Shown here one piece after another: positions 8,856 through 19,685 of a stretch of 64,000 bases of DNA (within the stretch, counting starts at the first letter, position 1; each line of letters starts with the position of its first letter). The DNA is from an uncultured bacterium. Lineage in GTDB: Bacteria; Zixibacteria; MSB-5A5; CAIYYT01. The translations under genes and the position numbers were made by a program. A model generated the notes under the pieces. It saw only the letters and a program-made list of their open reading frames with translations. It did no database searches and had not been told where the DNA came from. The stretch spans positions 224,001 through 288,000 of the forward strand of contig CAVSCK010000005.1 of assembly GCA_963726455.1 (NCBI GenBank), written 5' to 3'.

Positions 8856-10518
8856 ATGCTAATTGCGAGGAAGGGGCAGATCAAGGGGATAGTCTTTGCG
8901 CTGGGGTTCATCCTGTGCTTATCGGCGCTGGCAGTGGCGGACAATGGCGTGCTGCAATTCAGCAGCTACTTCGGCGGTAATGCGAATGACAATATCACTG
9001 ATGTTGTAATCAATCAGCCGGGTGATATCTACCTCACCGGCTTTACCTATTCAGATAACTTTCCCTTGGTGAGACCGATGCAGGACTGGCGCCGGGCCGA
9101 GTGTGATATCATTATTGCCAGGCGAGCTGCAAACGGGGACACGTTGATCTTCAGCACTTATTTTGGTGGCAACGGCAACGACCAGGCATCAGCAATGGCA
9201 CTTGATGATTTCGGAAATATCTGGATTACCGGAACCACCGCGTCCAGTGACTTCCCCACCACTGCACCGCTGCAAGAACATCTACGTGGTACCAGCGATG
9301 CGTTCGTGCTTTGCATCAGCAGCGATGGAGACTCAGTGCTGTTTGCCAGCTACCTGGGTGGCAGCGAAAACGAAAGCGGAATTGATATCGCAATTGACCG
9401 GAATGGTTACGTGTATGTACTCGGCAACACTAACTCGCGGGATCTGCCGGTGTCGAACGCGTTAGTCGACACGCTTGCCGGCGCCGCCAACGACGTCTTT
9501 GTCCTCAAAATGCGTATGTCCGACAGAGCGATACGATACGTGACCTACTTCGGCGGCAGCGGCTCAGAATACGCTGCGGCCCTGACCGTCGACGAAGCGG
9601 GCTCGGTGTACTTCACCGGCAATACAGTCTCGCTGGACCTGTCGCTCGTTAATCAATATGACGACACCTTGAGCGGTGGAATCGACATCTTCCTCGCCGG
9701 CATCGATTCCACCGGAAGCCAGTTGCTTTTGTCAACGTATCTGGGAGGCGCATTCGATGATTTTCCGCAGGCGCTGACGGTTTCCCCTGACGGCAAATTG
9801 CTGGTCGCCGGGAGGATCCTTCTCGGCTGATTTTCCGACTATGACAGAGTTGTCAGATTCGTGCGCCTCATGCCCGATGCAGTCGGATGGTTATGTGACG
9901 GCGCTAGAAAAAACAACCGGAGTGTTGCAGTTCAGCACCTACTTCGGCGGGCAAGGCGAAGACGTCGTGCGCGCGGTTGCTGCCACTACGTCCCAAGGTG
10001 TAGTCCTGATTTCGGGATGGACTACGTCGACGGATTTTCCGTTGGCTTCGCCTTTGACGTATGGTCCGGCGGGCATGGCTGACGCGTTTGTTGCGATAAT
10101 CGATGCCGCAGGAAGCACCGTCCGATTCTCAACTTTGTTCGGCGGCGAGAATAATGATGAAGCGGTCGCCTTATCGGTTGTCGGTAGTGCGATTGTCATA
10201 GCGGGCAAGACGCGCTCGAACGATTTACCCATTCAGAATCCTTTGCAGCAACATTTCGGAGGCGGCCCCTGGGATGGCTTTGTGACTCGCATTGACATTG
10301 ATGACAACTCGCTGTGCGGTGATTTTGACCGTTCGCAGGATATCGATATTGCGGACGTAGTCTATATGGTGCGCTACATTTTTGCCGACGGGAATCCTCC
10401 ACTGGACAGCCGGAAGGGCGACGTCGACTGTGACGGCGCGCCAACGCTATCGGACGCGGTGTATCTCATTACCTACATTTTCGGCGATGGCATGGCACCT
10501 TGTGCAAACTGTCAATAA
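8856..10518 (+). CDS. Secreted SBBP (seven-bladed beta-propeller) repeat protein with C-terminal dockerin-like domain; apparent +1 frameshift near 9815
   Basis: FSTYFGG..D / TG.T.S.DFP repeats run on across ORFs 8856-9830 and 9841-10518. Removing one base from gggaggatccttctcggct restores GRxFSADFPT. Confidence 0.8.
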
Positions 10519-10520
10519 AC

Positions 10521-10579
10521 AGATTGCTTCGTCGCTCCCCTCAACCACGCCTTTCCCCACCTCGCTCCTCGCAATGACG
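10521..10579 (-). repeat. CGTC-family REP-like element (copy 1)
   Basis: Minus strand reads CGTCATTGCGAGGAGCG...GCGACGAAGCAATCT; second copy at 56279-56335. Confidence 0.75.
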
Positions 10580-10640
10580 ATGCGAGAGAGATGGATTTAT
10601 ATAAGTACAATTGAGATGCGATCGGCTGTCTGGCTACTTG

Positions 10641-12815
10641 TTACTGGCGGACGGGACGGAGCTTGGCGTACTTCGCGAGGAGCTTCTTGGTCCCGGCAAA
10701 TATGAAGCGGACTTCAACCTCGGTGCCGTCGCCGGATCCGGAGCGCCCTACAACCGAACCCTCGCCCCAGCGGGGATGATATACTATTGAGCCGACGCGC
10801 AGGAATGTGTAAGGATCGTCAGCATCGGCGAAATCTGACAGCGTGTATGCGGCGTTGATGTTGCCGTGAGCATCGACGACTGTATAGCGCACCGTATCGA
10901 GAACCTCGTCAGGGATTTCGTCGAGGAAACGCGAGCGGAAAGTCTGCTTGTTGCCAAAGCGCGCACGATGCATCGCATAGGTTATAGTCAGCCGTGATTT
11001 GGCGCGCGTCATGCCGACGTAGAAGAGCCGGCGTTCTTCTTCGAGTTTGGCGTCGTCGTCCAGACTGCGCGAAATGGGAAACAAACCGTCCTCCAGGCCG
11101 GTGATAAAGACGGAATCGAACTCCAGCCCTTTGGCGCCATGCAGCGTCATCAACGTAACCGCGTCGCTCTGGCGATCATAGTCATCAAGGTCAGTGTAAA
11201 GTGAGATTTCCTGCAGAAAAGTCGAGACGGATGCCTCGGCGTTTTCCTGCGCATACTCGGTACCGGAACCAATCAACTCTTCAACGTTTTCCAGCCGGGC
11301 TTCACTTTCGACCGGATCGAGCGACTTGAGCTCTGCGGTGATGCCGCTTTTGTCGGCGACGAGTTGCATTAGCTGTCCGAGCGGCAACTTTCCGGCGACT
11401 TTGGTGAAATAGTCAATCACTTGCGCGAATTTGGCAAGTTTACCGGCCGCGCCCGCCGGGATAAAGTCGAGTTGTTCGGGACGCGAGATCAGCTCGAGCA
11501 GCGAACGGGACAGTTCATTGGCTTTCGCTTCCAACTGCGCCAGGGTTGCCTCACCCAGCCCACGCTTGGGGTAGTTGACGACCCGTCGGAAACTGACGTC
11601 ATCGTTGGGATTATCGATCAGCTTCAGGTAAGCGAGCAAGTCTTTGATCTCTTTGCGCTGATAGAAACGGATACCGCCGACGATCTTGTATGGGATAAAG
11701 CGCCGTTTGAGCGATTCTTCCAGCGCGCGCGACTGGGCATTGGTGCGATATAGAATCGCGATTTCGCTACGGGGAATGTTGCAGCGAATCTGATCCTCGA
11801 GTCGCTGCGCCACGCGTTCGGCCTCATCTGCGTCGCTTTCGGTTATCAACAGCACCAGCGATTCACCTTTGTCACCGACCGAGAACAAGGTCTTGCCCTT
11901 GCGCATCCGGTTATTGGCGACCACAGTGGAGGCGGCCTTGAGAATGGTCTGCGTAGACCGATAGTTCTGCTCCAGCCGGATGATCTTGCAGTCGGGAAAA
12001 TCGTGCTCGAAGTTCAGGATGTTGTTAATGTTGGCGCCGCGCCAGCCGTAAATCGATTGATCCTCATCACCGACGGCAAAGATGTTTTTGTGCGCCTGAG
12101 ATAGAATCTTGGCAATCAAGTATTGCGGCTTGTTGGTGTCCTGATACTCGTCGATCAAGAGGTAACGATACTTCTGCTGCAAGCGCGACCTGATCTCGGA
12201 ATCCTGTTGCAGCAATTTGACGGAATTGACAAGCAAGTCGTCGAAATCGAGAGCTCCGGCGGCTTTGAGTTTCTTCTCGTAGCGCGCATATACCTCGGCG
12301 ATCTTCTTGAAGTCGGAACTATAAGCGGTCTTGGCAAACTCTTCCGGACCGACCAGCTCGGTTTTGGCATCGGAAATTCGGTCACGCACGAGTCCGGCAG
12401 TAATCTTCTTGCTGTCGATTTTCAATTCGGTCAGACAGGCCTTGGCAGCGCTCTGGGCGTCGTCCTCGTCGTAAATGGTATAGTTGTGCGGCAGTCCGAT
12501 ACGGTCGCCATACATGCGTAACAGGAGGGCCGAAAAGGAATGGAAGGTCGACACTTGCATGCGCGAGCCGCTGACATCGACCATGCGTTCGATGCGCGCC
12601 TTCATTTCACCGGCGGCTTTGTTCGTGAAGGTCACCGCCAGGATCTGTTCGGGAGCGGCACGGCCGGTGTCGATCAGGTAGGCAACGCGGCTGGTGAGCA
12701 CGCGCGTTTTGCCGCTGCCGGCGCCCGCCAGCACCAACAATGGCCCATCGCCATAGGTAACTGCCTCGAGTTGCGGTGGATTAAGTCCCGCGAGGATTTT
12801 GTCTTGACCGGTCAT
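10641..12815 (-). CDS. pcrA: ATP-dependent DNA helicase PcrA/UvrD
   Basis: AGAGSGKT Walker A, TFTNKAA, DEYQDTN, VGDEDQSIYGWRGA, LEQNYRS, TLHGAKGLEF, EERRLFYVGMTRA and C-terminal Tudor-like H..WG.G domain. Confidence 0.95.
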   Translation of the reverse strand: MTGQDKILAGLNPPQLEAVTYGDGPLLVLAGAGSGKTRVLTSRVAYLIDTGRAAPEQILAVTFTNKAAGEMKARIERMVDVSGSRMQVSTFHSFSALLLRMYGDRIGLPHNYTIYDEDDAQSAAKACLTELKIDSKKITAGLVRDRISDAKTELVGPEEFAKTAYSSDFKKIAEVYARYEKKLKAAGALDFDDLLVNSVKLLQQDSEIRSRLQQKYRYLLIDEYQDTNKPQYLIAKILSQAHKNIFAVGDEDQSIYGWRGANINNILNFEHDFPDCKIIRLEQNYRSTQTILKAASTVVANNRMRKGKTLFSVGDKGESLVLLITESDADEAERVAQRLEDQIRCNIPRSEIAILYRTNAQSRALEESLKRRFIPYKIVGGIRFYQRKEIKDLLAYLKLIDNPNDDVSFRRVVNYPKRGLGEATLAQLEAKANELSRSLLELISRPEQLDFIPAGAAGKLAKFAQVIDYFTKVAGKLPLGQLMQLVADKSGITAELKSLDPVESEARLENVEELIGSGTEYAQENAEASVSTFLQEISLYTDLDDYDRQSDAVTLMTLHGAKGLEFDSVFITGLEDGLFPISRSLDDDAKLEEERRLFYVGMTRAKSRLTITYAMHRARFGNKQTFRSRFLDEIPDEVLDTVRYTVVDAHGNINAAYTLSDFADADDPYTFLRVGSIVYHPRWGEGSVVGRSGSGDGTEVEVRFIFAGTKKLLAKYAKLRPVRQ

Positions 12816-12883
12816 GGGCTGCCCAATATACTTCGCGGCAGTCGCTTAACAAGCGAAACTTGAGGCCACGAAGTGATAACGTC

Positions 12884-13654
12884 ATGAAGATTACTCACGG
12901 TAAACGTCCAAACGATTTCTACGAACAGTTAGCGCCATTGTATCATCTCAAAGTCGATTGGGAGAAACGACTGCCGAAAGAGACGCCACTGTTTGATTTC
13001 CTGTTTTCGAAGGGCGATATCGCGGCCGTTTGCGATCTCGGTTGCGGCGATGGCGGACATGCAGGCGAAATTGCCGGTCGCGGCGCAATGTATTTTGGCA
13101 TCGACAATTCCGCGGAAATGATCAAGACAGCCAAGCGCCATTACCAGAAAATGAAGGGAATTCAATTCCTCAAAAGCGACATGCTGCAAGTCCCGGCGAT
13201 ATACAATCGCATGTTTGATGTTGTCCTGCTTCTGGGAAACACCTTGCCGCACATGCTGACTGACGCGGATATGAAGAAGCTGTTCGCGGCTGCGCACAGA
13301 TTGCTTGGGCCACATGGACGGTTCATTATTCAGTCGGTCAATCCGGGCAAACTGAAATCGGAGCCGGTACATTTCCTGCCGCCGAAGCTGGCGGAGAAAC
13401 GTGTCCTGTTCACGCCGTTGTATGTAAGGCAGCGCGAAGCGTGGGACTTCCTCATGCCCATTTATGTCCTCGAGGAAGGGCGGCTGAAATCGCATTCGGT
13501 GCTGAGAACAAGACTGAGATTCTGGACGCGGTCGGAAGTGGTCAACTTCGCGGGGACCAAATTCCGGTTAAGGCAGACTTTCGGCGACGCGCAATTGTCG
13601 CCGTACCACAGTAAACGTTCGGAGAATATGATCTTGACTCTGGAGCGAATCTGA
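12884..13654 (+). CDS. Class I SAM-dependent methyltransferase
   Basis: DLGCGDG motif I; GIDNSAEMI; FDVVLLLGNTLPH motif. Confidence 0.85.
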   Translation: MKITHGKRPNDFYEQLAPLYHLKVDWEKRLPKETPLFDFLFSKGDIAAVCDLGCGDGGHAGEIAGRGAMYFGIDNSAEMIKTAKRHYQKMKGIQFLKSDMLQVPAIYNRMFDVVLLLGNTLPHMLTDADMKKLFAAAHRLLGPHGRFIIQSVNPGKLKSEPVHFLPPKLAEKRVLFTPLYVRQREAWDFLMPIYVLEEGRLKSHSVLRTRLRFWTRSEVVNFAGTKFRLRQTFGDAQLSPYHSKRSENMILTLERI

Positions 13655-13655
13655 G

Positions 13656-14480
13656 ATGCCGGAACTCCCCGAAGTCGAAACGATTGTCCGCGGACTTAAC
13701 CGCACGATCGCTGGTTGCACCGTTGAACAAATTCGTTACGCCGCACCGCACCTGTTGAAACGCGAACCGAAGCTGCGTAGCTTGGCGGGCGATACTTTCG
13801 AGACATTCACAAGAAGAGGAAAATATATCGTCTCCAACTTGAAGTCGGGACGGCGGCTGATGATTCATCTTCGGATGAGTGGGCGGATTCTGATCGGAGA
13901 CGATCGCCACCGGCAGGACAAGCACGATCATTTAGAACTCAAGTTTCGTGGAGGACCAGAGACGCTGGTGTTTCGGGACGTGCGCAAATTTGGTGTGATT
14001 CAGTTCGTGGGCAAGGAGCAGCAGCGCACCCTTGACTCGCTGGGAATTGAGGCACCCGGAATCAAAGCGGATCAACTTGAAGCCCTGCTCGCCAAACGCA
14101 AACGGCCGATCAAATCGTTGCTGCTCGACCAGAACGTGATCGCCGGACTGGGAAATATTTACGTTGATGAATCGTTGTATCGCAGCCATATACATCCTTT
14201 GCGGCCGGCAGCATCACTGACGCCCGGCGAAATCGGGAAACTGGCGGAAGCGATTCGCTTTATAATGAAGCTTGCGATCAAGCACATGGGAACGACGTTT
14301 AACAGTTATTCTGGCGTAAATGGAGATACCGGACGGTTCCTCCGATACCTTAAAGTGTATCATCAAGAGGGAAGCCGGTGCGGGGTTTGCGGTACAACCA
14401 TAGAGAAGATCAAGGTCGGCGGACGAGGAACGCACTTCTGCCCTCGATGCCAGCGGGCTCCCCGACGCAGAAGACAATAA
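13656..14480 (+). CDS. mutM: Formamidopyrimidine-DNA glycosylase (Fpg)
   Basis: N-terminal PELPEVE, HLRMSG, GLGNIYVDE and C-terminal zinc finger C..C...CPRCQ. Confidence 0.97.
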   Translation: MPELPEVETIVRGLNRTIAGCTVEQIRYAAPHLLKREPKLRSLAGDTFETFTRRGKYIVSNLKSGRRLMIHLRMSGRILIGDDRHRQDKHDHLELKFRGGPETLVFRDVRKFGVIQFVGKEQQRTLDSLGIEAPGIKADQLEALLAKRKRPIKSLLLDQNVIAGLGNIYVDESLYRSHIHPLRPAASLTPGEIGKLAEAIRFIMKLAIKHMGTTFNSYSGVNGDTGRFLRYLKVYHQEGSRCGVCGTTIEKIKVGGRGTHFCPRCQRAPRRRRQ

Positions 14481-14489
14481 GGAGTTGAC

Positions 14490-15392
14490 ATGCGCACACT
14501 GCTTTTCGCGCTAATAGTTTTGACAGCCACTGCATCAGCACAGTCGGTGGCGCCACAGGCATTGAACGAAACGATCAATCTGGCGCCAAGGTATCAGCGA
14601 GGGAATTCTCAGAAGTATAGTCTCGATATCGGTATATTCTTCCTGGATGATCAGGGTAGCCCGCGTGCCGTTAAGCACAATCGGATTGACTATACGCAGA
14701 TCTGCATGGCAAATAATGCCGACAGCGGACTGGTTTACGAAGTAACTATTGACTCGTTTTCGATCGGCAGCAAGGAACCTGCTGAGAAGCCTGATTACCA
14801 CGCCCGGTCGGTGGTGGACACGCTGATGGGACGGCACTTTCGGACACAATTCCGTTCCAAAATTCCGGTCGTCGGCAACTGCTATGACCTGGCTCTGCCG
14901 TTCACCCGGGGGTTTGCATTCGCCGAGGCCTACGAGTTAGTCGACGATTTCCTGTATGCAAAGCTGATCGAGCAGTTGCGCTATACCGTCGGCAGGCAAC
15001 TCAGTAAAGTCGGAGACACGGTGACAATAACCTGGCCGAAACCGATCTGTTACTCGATACCGAAAGTCATCAACGAGTCACGGATCGACCTAAAGCCGCT
15101 GAAACTTCAGCTTACCGGTCTGACAACTTTTCGTAACGAGCCGTGCGCGACCATTTCAATCGGCAGCACGATATCGCCCTACTCGGTAAAGATCTATTCC
15201 ACCGATACAAGTTCGGTCGATGCCGAAGGAACCTCGGAGCTACGAGGCGAATTCCTGGTATCGCTAGGCCGTGGAGAAATTGTCAATTTCAAGCTGAACA
15301 ACCGAGCTGAAACCAAGATTACGTTGCCTGACGGATCGACCAAGGATAACCGGGTTGTAATGAAATTCGAGCTCGCGCCGCGATACTGGTAA
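14490..15392 (+). CDS. Hypothetical secreted protein
   Basis: AGGAG RBS; signal peptide ending ASA; 300-aa beta-rich ORF; no motif recognised. Confidence 0.7.
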   Translation: MRTLLFALIVLTATASAQSVAPQALNETINLAPRYQRGNSQKYSLDIGIFFLDDQGSPRAVKHNRIDYTQICMANNADSGLVYEVTIDSFSIGSKEPAEKPDYHARSVVDTLMGRHFRTQFRSKIPVVGNCYDLALPFTRGFAFAEAYELVDDFLYAKLIEQLRYTVGRQLSKVGDTVTITWPKPICYSIPKVINESRIDLKPLKLQLTGLTTFRNEPCATISIGSTISPYSVKIYSTDTSSVDAEGTSELRGEFLVSLGRGEIVNFKLNNRAETKITLPDGSTKDNRVVMKFELAPRYW

Positions 15393-15436
15393 CGTCGCCC
15401 CCGCGCTTGCAGAATAAGAAATTGGACCCGACAACT

Positions 15437-18427
15437 TTATGCTGCCAGGCGGGCGAGGCGAGACTTAGCGTCTTTGATCGGAGAAATTTCGATGTCCGGA
15501 TTGCTCCAATAACGTAACATCTCGCGATAGTATTTTACCGCCGCCTGCTTGTCCCCCAATGCTTCGTTGGCAATTCCCATCAGATAATTGTCGAGTGGAT
15601 AGTAGTAGCCGGAAACGGTCTGATCGCTCCCCTCGACGAATCGTGTCAGCACTCCCTTGCCCTTCTCGTACCGGCGGGCGAAGATACAGATTTCGCCGAA
15701 TTCGCGTTGGCCGTCGTCGGACATTACAGCGCTTTTCTGAAGCGCTTCCATTGCGTCCAGAATCTTGCCGGTGTCGGCAGCAGCGTATCCATCGAAGAGG
15801 TCGCGCAGCAGAAGGCCAACCGGCGCCAACTCGGCCGGCACGCGGGCTCGAAAATCGTTCAACGCCCGCTCCAACATGGGCCGAACTTCGTTCGCGTACT
15901 TACGGTCGATAGTAACTATATCCACCGGATAATTGATCTTCTGAAACTGAGTGGCGTACGGCAGCGCCTTCTTGAAGGTGTAGTAGGCGCTGTCTTTGAA
16001 TCCGAAATAGTCCTGGAATCGCGAGAGATATTGATAGCCGAGTACTATCCGTAATGAATCCTTGGTGAGAAGAGCATTTCTCACGGCATCATAGCGATAG
16101 GCCAGACTCTGGCGGAATTTGCCTGACCACATTGCCAGATTTGCTTTCAAGCGATAGTACTGATCCAGTTGATAAGGGTTCGACTCATAGGCCTTTCGGA
16201 AATCCTCGGCGTACGAATCGGCTTTGGCGAAATCGCGCTGCAGAATGGCACAGTTGCTCAAAGACATAAGTGCTTCACCGTCGCCTGGGTACTTCTTCAG
16301 AACGCCATCGTAAGTGGCAATTGCCGAAGGGATATCGCCTTTCAGCAGGTAGAGTTGCGCCAGTTTTCGATACGATGCCGGTGAATCGGGGTGATATTGC
16401 TGCAACTGTTTGCCGTACTCGATCGCCTTGTCATATTGTTTGAGACCCTGATAGTACTGAACGACGAAGCTGAGCGCCAATTGGTACTTCGGATCCTGCT
16501 GTAACACTTCTTCATAAAGCTGTCTGGCGCCGGCAGTGTCCTTGAGAAGATCGGAGCGAAGCAACGCATAGACCGTTTTTGATTCCTCGTCGTCCGGATA
16601 CTCGTCAACTAGCGTCTTCATTTTGGCCATCGCCAGATCGAAATTCTGCTTCTGCCAGATTTCGGCGTATACGTCGAGCAGCCCGCGCTCCTTGTTGGGC
16701 AACCGCGATTCGTAGCGCTGTGCCTCGGTAAAATAAGGAACGGCGTCTTGTATTCGCCCGGCTCCAAAAACATAGGACATGCCGATGCGCATGTAAGCCA
16801 GTGCAAAGGAGCTGTCTATGGCGACCGCCTTCTGGAATTCGATTTCGGCTTCGTCATAGAGCTCGTCGAGGAATTTCTGCATGCCGAGATGATAGTACTT
16901 GTAGGCCTCGGTCGACGCTGTCGTCACCTGTGCCACACTTTGATCGGCGCTCGCCAGGCGACGCATGTTGAGGGCGGTGGCCATCCGCACCGCCAGCGAA
17001 TCCACCAGCGTCATTGGATCCTCGCTGACTACTTTCTCTCCCAAAACGATTTTGCCGCTCGTGACATCCTCAAGGCGGGCGTCGATTCTGATTTTGTTTC
17101 CAAGCTTGAAGATTGTCCCCGAGAGCACGTTTACGGCGCCCAGCTTGCGGGAAGCCCTGACTTGGTCTTCGTAAGTGAATTTTGCCAGGTCGTCTCCCTG
17201 CCCACCAAGTTCCTCCACAATGCGCCTGGGACTGATGAGATTAACCGACTGATCTTGCGCCAGGTCAGTGAGCAGAATCTCAGGCAGTCCAGTCTTGAGC
17301 CAGTCAAGTTCGGCATCGCCTGTCTTATTCTCAAAGCCGAGAATCGCGAGCCCGTTGGGGCCGGCCTGAGCAGCGGGCGTAATGTCTACTTGACCGCGAA
17401 AGAGCAAGAGAAATATCATTCCGATGATCGAGAAGAGGACGACGCCGAGAATGGTTTTCGTCGGCATTCCCCGTTTGTCACGATCGCCGCGCGCCAGCTT
17501 GGCGCGAACGCCGACAGACGAGACGCTGCTGGAAATCCCGCTGTCGTATTGGCGGCGCAGATTTCGGAGATCGACGACGAGATCCCGCGTGTCCTGGTAT
17601 CGGTCGTTGGCATTCTTCTGCAGACACTTGTCAATAATGCGTTCAATTTCGGGATCAATGTTGGCGTTCTTCGTGCGCGGCGCCGGGTGTTGGGCTTCCA
17701 GAATCTTCGCCAGGATCGAAACCTGAGTCGAGCCGGCAAACGGCAATTCGCCGGTGAACATTTTGAAAAGCAAAATACCGAACGAAAAGATATCTGACCG
17801 ATTATCGACCGGCTCTCCCCTCACCTGCTCGGGTGACATATACGACACGGTTCCGACAACGGTTCCAGTGGTGGTCAGTTGTCTCTTGATAGTATCGTCA
17901 GTGGGCGCTGCTCCATCCGTCTGCAACGGCTCGATCGCTTTTGCCAGTCCGAAATCGAGAATCTTGGGCTCGCCATGCTCGTCGACAAGGATGTTCTCTG
18001 CCTTGATGTCGCGGTGGACGATGTTCAGGCGGTGTGCGGCAGCCAGCCCGGAGGCAATCTTCTCTGCCAATCGCAACAGCGCCCCGATGTCGGACAAGGA
18101 CGACTTGCCAACCTCTGACAGGGAACGCCCTTGAATGTATTCCATGACGATATAGCCGATGCTCTTGCCCGTCTGTGGATCGACGGCAGTGCCGATGTCG
18201 TAAATTGCCATGACATTGGCATGCGAAATCTGCGCCGCGGTTTTTGCTTCACGCTCGAAACGGTCGCGCCGCTCCTGATTGTCGAAATAGTCGTCTCGCA
18301 GCGTCTTAAGTGCCACGCGGCGGTTGAGTTTGAGGTCTTCAGCCAGATAGACCTCGCCCATACCCCCCTCACCCAGTTTCTGGATGATTTTGAAATGCGC
18401 GAAGTTCTGATCCGGAGTCAACATCAA
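15437..18427 (-). CDS. Hanks-type Ser/Thr protein kinase with TM helix, TolB-N/FlgO-like domain and periplasmic TPR array
   Basis: LGEGGMGEVY, VALK, HRDIKAENI, DFGLA, GTVSYMSPEQ; hydrophobic TM; LAILGFENKTGD..LDW domain; TPR repeats. Confidence 0.92.
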   Translation of the reverse strand: MMLTPDQNFAHFKIIQKLGEGGMGEVYLAEDLKLNRRVALKTLRDDYFDNQERRDRFEREAKTAAQISHANVMAIYDIGTAVDPQTGKSIGYIVMEYIQGRSLSEVGKSSLSDIGALLRLAEKIASGLAAAHRLNIVHRDIKAENILVDEHGEPKILDFGLAKAIEPLQTDGAAPTDDTIKRQLTTTGTVVGTVSYMSPEQVRGEPVDNRSDIFSFGILLFKMFTGELPFAGSTQVSILAKILEAQHPAPRTKNANIDPEIERIIDKCLQKNANDRYQDTRDLVVDLRNLRRQYDSGISSSVSSVGVRAKLARGDRDKRGMPTKTILGVVLFSIIGMIFLLLFRGQVDITPAAQAGPNGLAILGFENKTGDAELDWLKTGLPEILLTDLAQDQSVNLISPRRIVEELGGQGDDLAKFTYEDQVRASRKLGAVNVLSGTIFKLGNKIRIDARLEDVTSGKIVLGEKVVSEDPMTLVDSLAVRMATALNMRRLASADQSVAQVTTASTEAYKYYHLGMQKFLDELYDEAEIEFQKAVAIDSSFALAYMRIGMSYVFGAGRIQDAVPYFTEAQRYESRLPNKERGLLDVYAEIWQKQNFDLAMAKMKTLVDEYPDDEESKTVYALLRSDLLKDTAGARQLYEEVLQQDPKYQLALSFVVQYYQGLKQYDKAIEYGKQLQQYHPDSPASYRKLAQLYLLKGDIPSAIATYDGVLKKYPGDGEALMSLSNCAILQRDFAKADSYAEDFRKAYESNPYQLDQYYRLKANLAMWSGKFRQSLAYRYDAVRNALLTKDSLRIVLGYQYLSRFQDYFGFKDSAYYTFKKALPYATQFQKINYPVDIVTIDRKYANEVRPMLERALNDFRARVPAELAPVGLLLRDLFDGYAAADTGKILDAMEALQKSAVMSDDGQREFGEICIFARRYEKGKGVLTRFVEGSDQTVSGYYYPLDNYLMGIANEALGDKQAAVKYYREMLRYWSNPDIEISPIKDAKSRLARLAA

Positions 18428-18628
18428 GGTTCCCTTATCTCTAAACGCCTAGTATTGCCAATGTTGTTGCGGATTTCAACAATTATTGGTGGCATTGAGA
18501 CTGATTTGCCTCCTCAACACCGAGACAATGCGCTTCGGACAGATTCTGCCCAACATCGATCCGGAACCGCTACGTACCTTGAATGTTGTAGTATTACTGC
18601 CGGAGTGTGGTCGGGCAGGGAAATTGAT

Positions 18629-19021
18629 ATGGAGAACAGCGTGGAAAAGATATCAAGCGAAGATCAGGGTACGACAGAGGCCAAACCCGACATGAACGTT
18701 TACTTGACGCCGGCGGCAGTCACCGAGGTTAAACGCCGACTGCAATCCGATCCGGAGGGCAACCGCAAAATGCTGAGACTGCGGGTGCAAGCAGGCGGAT
18801 GTTCGGGTCTGTCGTATGACATGGATTTCGTGTCGGAACGCAGCCAAACGGACCGCGAGTTCGAATTTGACGGCCTGAAAGTGGTTGTGGACGCTCGATC
18901 GCTTCTTTATATCGCGGGCATGACCCTGGACTATTCCGAGCGGCTGGTAAACGGCGGGTTTGTGTTCACTAATCCGCGCGCCAAGCGCTCCTGCGGCTGC
19001 GGAACTTCATTTTCGGTGTAG
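18629..19021 (+). CDS. A-type Fe-S carrier (IscA/ErpA/HesB family)
   Basis: GGCSGLSY and CGCGTSF motifs; start moved to ATG 18629. Confidence 0.93.
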   Translation: MENSVEKISSEDQGTTEAKPDMNVYLTPAAVTEVKRRLQSDPEGNRKMLRLRVQAGGCSGLSYDMDFVSERSQTDREFEFDGLKVVVDARSLLYIAGMTLDYSERLVNGGFVFTNPRAKRSCGCGTSFSV

Positions 19022-19024
19022 CGG

Positions 19025-19303
19025 ATGGAAGTTCTGGAATTAAAGGATTTCGCCGTCGACGGAGCGTTCTTTGAGGATGAATTTGACGTTCGGTTTCGCT
19101 CATACAACTGGCAGCGTTTCGACGATGAGGCGGTACGAGTATCCAATTGCGGCTTGACCGATGTTCCCGGCTGGGTATATTTGGCGATCGGCATCGAATT
19201 ATCCCGGCGCGCGCGCAAAATCTTTTTTGGTGACGTACACAATCCGCGCAAATTGTTTTCCCGGGAAAAGGACACTTCCAGACGGGTAAATGATGAAACA
19301 TAA
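19025..19303 (+). CDS. Small DUF2480-like protein
   Basis: NWQRFDDEAVRVSNC...VPGWVYLAIG...ARKIFFG resembles, from memory, the DUF2480 DWSQY..V.I.C...IP.WAYM....A..V.FG pattern; coupled to both neighbours. Confidence 0.6.
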   Translation: MEVLELKDFAVDGAFFEDEFDVRFRSYNWQRFDDEAVRVSNCGLTDVPGWVYLAIGIELSRRARKIFFGDVHNPRKLFSREKDTSRRVNDET

Positions 19304-19652
19304 AGTCACGTTTCTGCCGCAAAATGTTACTGTCGAAGTAGACAGCGACGAAACGATCCTGGAGGCCGCCACGCGGGGTAACATCGAACTGGAGCATAAT
19401 TGCGGGGGGAATTGCTGTTGCACAACCTGCCATGTCATTGTGCGCGAGGGTGAGGCCCATCTTTCGGCGATGGAAGAAGAAGAGGCGGACCGGCTGGAGG
19501 AGTGCGCCGAACTGACGGCGACTTCACGGCTCGGCTGCCAGGTTAAGATCCACGGCGATGTGATGATCGAGATTCCCGAGCGCAATCCATTTCGCCTCGA
19601 CGGACTTCTGGAACTGGAGAATTTCGGCGAGGAGCTTTTAAATTCGGAATGA
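19290..19652 (+). CDS. fdx: [2Fe-2S] ferredoxin, adrenodoxin/ISC type
   Basis: CGGNCCCTTCHV...SRLGCQ. Confidence 0.92.
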   Translation: MMKHKVTFLPQNVTVEVDSDETILEAATRGNIELEHNCGGNCCCTTCHVIVREGEAHLSAMEEEEADRLEECAELTATSRLGCQVKIHGDVMIEIPERNPFRLDGLLELENFGEELLNSE

Positions 19653-19685
19653 TCGGGGGACAATGCAACGGGGGCGACTCTTCCC

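Noticed and set aside
16748-17797. Long antisense ORFs (also 23462-24358, 51028-51966, 59665-60348)
   Set aside because: They are shadows of well-supported genes on the opposite strand, with no motifs or RBS.
18131-18628. N-terminal extensions in the ORF track (IscA from 18131, nfo from 28936, dockerin gene from 61998, TPR from 47905, pilin from 5031)
   Set aside because: They overlap other genes or promoter elements; better starts lie downstream, most with an RBS.
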